64,000 nt of DNA from the human T2T-CHM13v2.0 reference genome, Homo sapiens: assembly GCF_009914755.1 (NCBI RefSeq), contig NC_060939.1. One strand, written 5' to 3'. The translations under genes and the position numbers were made by a program. The number at the start of each line of letters is the position of its first letter. Positions within the stretch are counted from its first letter, which is position 1. Shown here in pieces: positions 58,301 to 64,000 of this stretch. The notes beneath the pieces were generated by a model that saw only the letters and a list, made by a program, of their open reading frames with translations, had not been told where the DNA came from and did not search any database.

Positions 58301-61300
58301 TCCATTTCATTTAGTTCTGCTCTGATCTTATTTCCTTTCTTCTGCTGGGCTTGGGTTTGGTTTGTTCTTTTTTCTCTAGCTCCTCGAGGTGTGACCTTAG
58401 ATTGTCTGTTTGTGCTCTTTCAGACTTTTTGATGTATGCATTTAGGGCTATGAACTTTCCTCTTACACCTTTGCTATATCCCAGATGTTTTGATACGTTA
58501 TGTCACTATTGTAATTTAGTTTGAAGAGATTTTTAATTTCCATCTTGATTTCATTGTTGACCCAATGATCGATCATTCAGGAGCAGATTATTTAATTTCC
58601 ATGTATTTGCATGGTTTTGAAAGTTCCTTTTAGAGTTGATTTCCGGTTTTATTCCACTGTGGTCTGAGAGAGTGCTTGATATAATTTCAATTTTATTAAA
58701 TTTATTGAGGCTTTTTTATAGCCTATCATATGGTCTATCTTGGAGAAAGTCCCATGAGCTGATGAGTAGAATGTATATTCTGAGGTTTGTGGGTAGAATG
58801 TTCTGTAAATATGTTAAGTTCATTTATTCCAGGGTATAGTTTAAATCCATTTTTTTTGTTGACTTTCTGTCTTGATGACCTGTCTAGTGCTGTCAGTGGA
58901 GTATTGAAGTCCCCCACTATTATTTTGTTGCTGTCTATTTCATTCCTTAGGTCTAGTAGTAAATTTGGGAGCTTCAGTGTTAGATGCATATATATTTAGG
59001 ATTGTGATATTTTCCTGTTGGACAAGGCCTTGTATCATTACATAATGATGTCCTTCTTTGTCTTTTTTAACTGCTGTTGCTTTAAAGTTTGCTTTGCCTG
59101 ATATAAGAATAGCTACCCCTGCTTGCTTTTGGTGTGCATTTGTATGGAATATCTTTTTCCACCCCTTTAAGTTTATGTGAGTCCTTAAGTGTTAGGTGAG
59201 TCTCTTGAAGGCAGCAGATGGTTGGTGAATTCTTATTCATTCTGCAATTCTGTTATCTTTTAAGTGGTGCATTTAGGCCATTTATATTCAATGTTAGTAT
59301 TGAGATGTGAGGCACTATTCCATTCATCATGCTATTTGTTGCCTGTATACTTTTTTTTTAATCTTTAATTGTATTTTTGTTTTATAGGTCCTGTGTGATT
59401 TATGCTTTAAAGAGGTACTGTTTTGATGTGTTTCCAGGATTTGTTTCAAGATTTAGAGCTCCTTTTAGCATTCTTGTAGTGCTGGCTTGGTGTAGTGGCA
59501 AATTCTCTCCGCATTTGTTTCTCTGAAAAAGACTGTATCTTTCCTGCATTTATGAAGCTTAGTTTTGCTGGATACAAAATTCTTGGCTGATAATTGTTTT
59601 GTTTAAGGAAGCTGAAGATAGGGCTCCAGTACCTTCTAGCTTGTAGGGTTTCTGCTGATAAATCTGCTGTTAATCTGATAGATTCTCCTTCATATGTTAC
59701 CTGGTGCTTTTCCTCACAGCTCTTAAGATTCTTTCCTTCATCTTAACTTTAGATAACCTGATGACAATGTGCCTAGGTTATGATCTTTTTGTGGTGAATT
59801 TCCCAGGTGTTCTTTGAGTTTCTTGTATTTGGATGTCTAGGTCTCTAGCAAGGCCAGGGAAGTTTTCCTTGATTATTCCAACAAATATGTTTTCCAGACT
59901 TTTAGATTTCTCTACTTCCTCAGGATTGCCGATTATTTTTAGGTTTGGTTGTTTGAAAGAATCTTAGACTTCTTGGAGCCTTTGTTCATATTTTCTTATT
60001 CTTTTTTCTTTGTCTTGTTGGATTGGGTTAATTAAAATCCTTGTCTTCAAGCTCTGAAGTTCTTTCTTCTGCTCATTTGATTGCATTGCTGAGACTTTCC
60101 AGAGCATTCTGCATTTCTATAAGTGCATCCATTGTTTCCTGAAGTTTTGATTGTTTTTTATTTATGCTATTTCACTGAAGATCTCTCCCCTCATTTCTTG
60201 TATCATTTTAAAAAATTTCCTTAAATTGGGCTTTGCCTTTCTCTGGTGGCTCCCTGATTAGCCTAATAACTGACTCTCTGAATTCTTTTTTCAGGTAAAT
60301 CAGGGATTTCTTCTTGGTTTGGATCCATTGCTGGTGACCTGGAGTGATTTTTTTTGGGGGTGTTAAAGAGCCTTGTTTTGTCATATAACCACGGTTGGTT
60401 TTCTGGTTTCTTCTCATTTGGGTAGACTGTGTCAGAGGGAAGGTCTAGGGCTCAAGGCTGTTGTTCAGATTCTTTTGTCCCATGGGATGTTCCCTTGATG
60501 TAGTACTTTCTCTTTTCCTAGGGATTTGCCTTCCTGAGAGCAAAGCTGTAGTGATTGTAATCTGTCTTCTGGATCTAGCCACCCATCAGGTCAACCAGGC
60601 TCTGGGCTGGTACTGGGGTTGTCTATACAGAGTCCTGTGATGTGAACCATCTGTGGGTCTCTCAGCTGTGGATACCAGCATCTGCTCTGGTGGAGTTGGC
60701 AGGGGGGTGAAATGGACTCTGTGAGGGTCCTTAATTTCGGTTGTTAATGCACTATTTTTGTGCTGGTTGGCCTCCTGCAGGGAGGTGGCACTTTCAAGAA
60801 AGCATCAGCTGTGGTAGTATAGGGAGGATCAGGTGGTGGGCAGGGCCCTAGAACTCCCCAGAGTATAAGTCCTTTGTCTTCAGCTCCAGCGTGGGTAGAA
60901 AGGACCATCAGGTGGGGGCAAGGCTAGGTGTGTCTGAGCCCAGACTCTCCTTATGGGAGGGTGTTGCTGTGGCTGCTGTGGGGGATGGGAGTGTGGTTCC
61001 CAGGTCAATAGAGTTATGTTCCTAGGAGGATTATAGCTGCCTCTGCTGTGTCATGTAGGTTGTCAGGGAGGTCGGGGAAAGCCAGCAGTCACAGGCCTCA
61101 CCCAGCTCCCATGCAAGCCAAAAGGATGATCTCACTTTCACTGTACCCACCCCCCAACAGCACCGAGTCTGTTTCCAGGCAGTGGGTGAGCAGGGCTGAG
61201 AACTAGCTCCAGGCTACTCACCTCCCAGCTATGAAAGTAAGTAGGGCTTTCATGCTTCCCCACCTGTGGAGTCTGCACACAGGATTCATGCCCTCCCTTG

Positions 61301-61846
61301 AGTTCTGGCCAGGAGATTTCTCATGCGGTTGGAATTATTACAAAGTTCAGCTGGAGGTTTCCTTCTCCTTGTGGCCTTTTCCCAGTCCTTTTCTGGCAGT
61401 CCTCCCCAAGGCCCCCTGTGAGGCAAGGCGGAAATGGCTACCCAGGGGACGCAGAGAGCCCACGGGGCTTTTCCCGCTGCTTCCTCTACTCCTGTATTTC
61501 GCTTGGCTCTCTAAATTGACTCAGCTCCAGGTTAGATCAGAATCTTCTTCCGTGTTGTAGACCTTCAGGTTCCTTAGTGAGCATGTGTGTTCAGAGGCAG
61601 AAGATCCCCCTTTCTCACTTCCAGAGTTTGGGCAGTCACGGTATTTGGGGTGTCTCCTGGGTCCTGCAGGAGCAATTTGCTTCCTTCAGAGGGTCCGTGG
61701 GTTCTCTTGGCTTTCCTGAATTATTTCTGCAGTAGTTCTGGAGCAAAAGTTTACAATGCGAGACTACACACACTGCTCTGTCCATCTGAGTGGGAGCTGC
61801 AATCTAGTCCTGCCTCTCGTCTGCCATGACCTTCTCAAAAAAACCG
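55309..61846 (-). mobile_element. Full-length degenerate L1PB with TSD
   Basis: L1PB 3' UTR (gggaacaggtggtgtttggttac); ORF2 remnants ([19 protein letters not shown]; IIVGDFNTPLTALDRSSRQK); 5' end gggagctgcaatctagtcctgcctc..gccatga; TSD attaagacatttc 55296-55308 / attaatacatttc 61847-61859. Confidence 0.93.
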
Positions 61847-62380
61847 ATTAATACATTTCATTTGCCTCTGCTCCAAGCCCTTGGTAACCACCATTCTAGT
61901 CTTTGATTTTAAGAATTTGACCATTTTAGATGACTCATGGAGGTGGAATCATGTAGTACTTGTCTTTTTGTGTGTAACTTATTTCACTTAGCATAATGTC
62001 CTCAATGTTCATCCATGTTGTTGCATATTGCAGAATTTTTCACTTTTTAAAAGCTGAATAGTATTTCATTGTATGTATATACCACAATTTCTTTATCCAT
62101 TCATCTGTCAGTGAACATATGGGTCCTTTCCTTATCTTGGCTATTGTGAATTTCTTACTCACTGCGATAAACACGGATGTGATAATATCTCTTTTTTAGA
62201 TCCTGATTTCAATTATTTCAGATATATACCCAAAAATGAGATGGCTGAATCATGTGGTAGTTTTATTTTTATCTCTTTGAGGAACCTCCACACTGTTTTC
62301 CATAGCGGCTGTATCATTTTGCAGTCCCACCAACAGCATACACTGGTTTCAGTTTCTCCATATCCTTGCCCACACTTGTT

Positions 62381-62856
62381 TTTTGTTTAATTTAATTTTT
62401 AATTGACAAATTTATATATATTTTTGGTGTACAACATGATGTTTTGATATATGTACACATTGTGGAATGGCTAAATTGAGCTAATTAACATATGCCCTAC
62501 CTCATATGTTTACCTTTTTTTTTTTTTTTTGTGGTGAGAATGCTTACATTCTACTCTTAGCAATTTTCCGGTGTATAATAACTATAGTCACCATGATAGG
62601 CAATAGATCTCTACGACTTATTCCTCCCATCTAACTGAAATTTTGTGTTCTTTGACTAACATCTCTCCAATCCTCTAACCCCCAGTCTCTTTTTCTACTC
62701 TCTTTTTCTATTTGTTCAACTTTTTAAGATTCTACATGTAGGTGAGATTGTGTGGTATTTGTATTTCTGTTCCTGACTTGTTTTACTGAACATAATGTCC
62801 TCCACATTCATCTGTGTTGTCTCAAGTGACAGAATGCTTTTTTTTTTTTTTTTTTG
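62381..62856 (-). mobile_element. L1MA (MA6-8-like) 3' UTR, nested
   Basis: ggtgtacaacatgatgttttgatatatgtacacattgtggaatggctaaa..tgtggtgagaa. Confidence 0.8.
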
Positions 62857-63204
62857 GTAATAGCCGTCCCGACAATTGTGAGGTATGATATCTTTATAAT
62901 CAACAATAATGTATTGTATGCCTACAATTTTTTAAGAGGATAGGTCTCACGTTAAGTGCCCTTACGGCAATAAAAAAATATTTCAAAGAAAAGTGACATG
63001 TAAATCAGCCCTTGCATGAGATTCTGAGCATCTTTAGGTGGTTTTCTCTGTGTTCTTTGCAGTGCTGAGCAGAATGCCTTTCACATACAAAGGCTCAGGA
63101 GGCATTGCCTTCCACCCGTTCCTTTAGAAGTCCTCCATGTGAATTTCTCATGCCTCTTGGAGGCTGCAGTTAAGCAAAGTCTCCATCTAAAGAAACATTC
63201 AGGG

Positions 63205-63418
63205 AGAAAAAGTGGGTATATTGGAAAGAGCAAGGGTTGAAGTCACACGGATCTGGACCGAAATCCTGACTTCGTCATATACCAGCTAGGTGACCTTGGC
63301 AGATAATAACCTCTCGGAGCCTCACCATTTTTAGAATAAAATTCAGGAAAATTGAGGGTTGTTGTAAGGATTAAAGGAGGGTAACATATGTAAAGCCTCT
63401 CATATTAAATCAATGTTT
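63205..63418 (+). mobile_element. MIR
   Basis: gtgaccttggcagataataacctctcggagcctca..gggttgttgtaaggattaaa. Confidence 0.8.
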
Positions 63419-64000
63419 GTGTCCTGTCTGCTTCCTTCTTTTTGGTCTGGGTATGATAAACTGATTTATGTCTTCCTGAGTGCCACTTCCCGTGCTTCCA
63501 GATTGGACACAGTATCATTCAGTGTTCTGTGGATATCATTCAGATTGTGCATGCCTTTGCACGAGGTTGGCAGGGAGCTGATAACTTATTCCAAGGACAG
63601 ACGAAAAGTGACCAAGGAATATATGGTGGTATCTTCTATGCCATTAATTCCTGCCCTTGTGATTTCAGCAGGTCAGGTGGTGGCTTTATACTTGTGAAAA
63701 TCCCACCACTATAATCTACCTTCTCATTTGTCATCAAATTTAATCCTTGCATCCAGTACCTAAATGCCCATGAAATATGTAAGCCAAAACAGCCCAGACA
63801 GCTGCAGCCAGGGAGGATATTAGTGCAGTATGAAAAATAAGCAAAGCATGAGTGATGGCAGGTAATACGCTACCTACAAATTGCCCTCTTCTTCTCATGT
63901 TCCAGTTTGGTAGGAAAAAAAGTACTTAGCCTATGCAATAAATGTCATTGGTTAATTGAAGAGTCTCCATTCACTGAGGTATAATCATGATTTTTTTTTC

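Larger units (their letters stand above)
55278..62972 (+). mobile_element. 5'-inverted (twin-primed) L1MB-like element hosting two nested L1s
   Basis: Antisense pieces 55278-55308, 61847-62380 and 62857-62893, then sense 3' end 62895-62972; perfect TSD aaaaaatatttca 55265-55277 / 62973-62985. Confidence 0.75.

Overview
Primate (human-like) non-coding DNA made mostly of interspersed repeats. I find no intact protein-coding gene, RNA gene or CRISPR array. ORFs in the track are Alu- or L1-derived, microsatellite-derived, or unsupported. Main content: an old minus-strand L1M with an intact 5' end and a 27-bp tandem array (265-5385); a full-length minus-strand L1MA with target-site duplication (TSD) at 18547-26976; a fragmented plus-strand L1M (about 42075-48950); and a full-length minus-strand L1PB (55309-61846) nested in a TSD-bounded, 5'-inverted (twin-primed) L1MB (55278-62972). 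Also about 17 Alus (J/S/Y), MaLR/ERVL/ERV1 LTRs (including a TSD-bounded LTR18A and a MER51), hAT elements (MER5, MER1A), MIR/L2 relics and microsatellites. The most notable structure beyond the repeat catalogue is a series of short, apparently locally templated insertions, duplications and fold-backs, a 55-bp TSD-flanked orphan insertion, and a few motif-dense unique segments. Subfamily names come from recalled consensus sequences, not a RepeatMasker run. I found no convincing new biological system.
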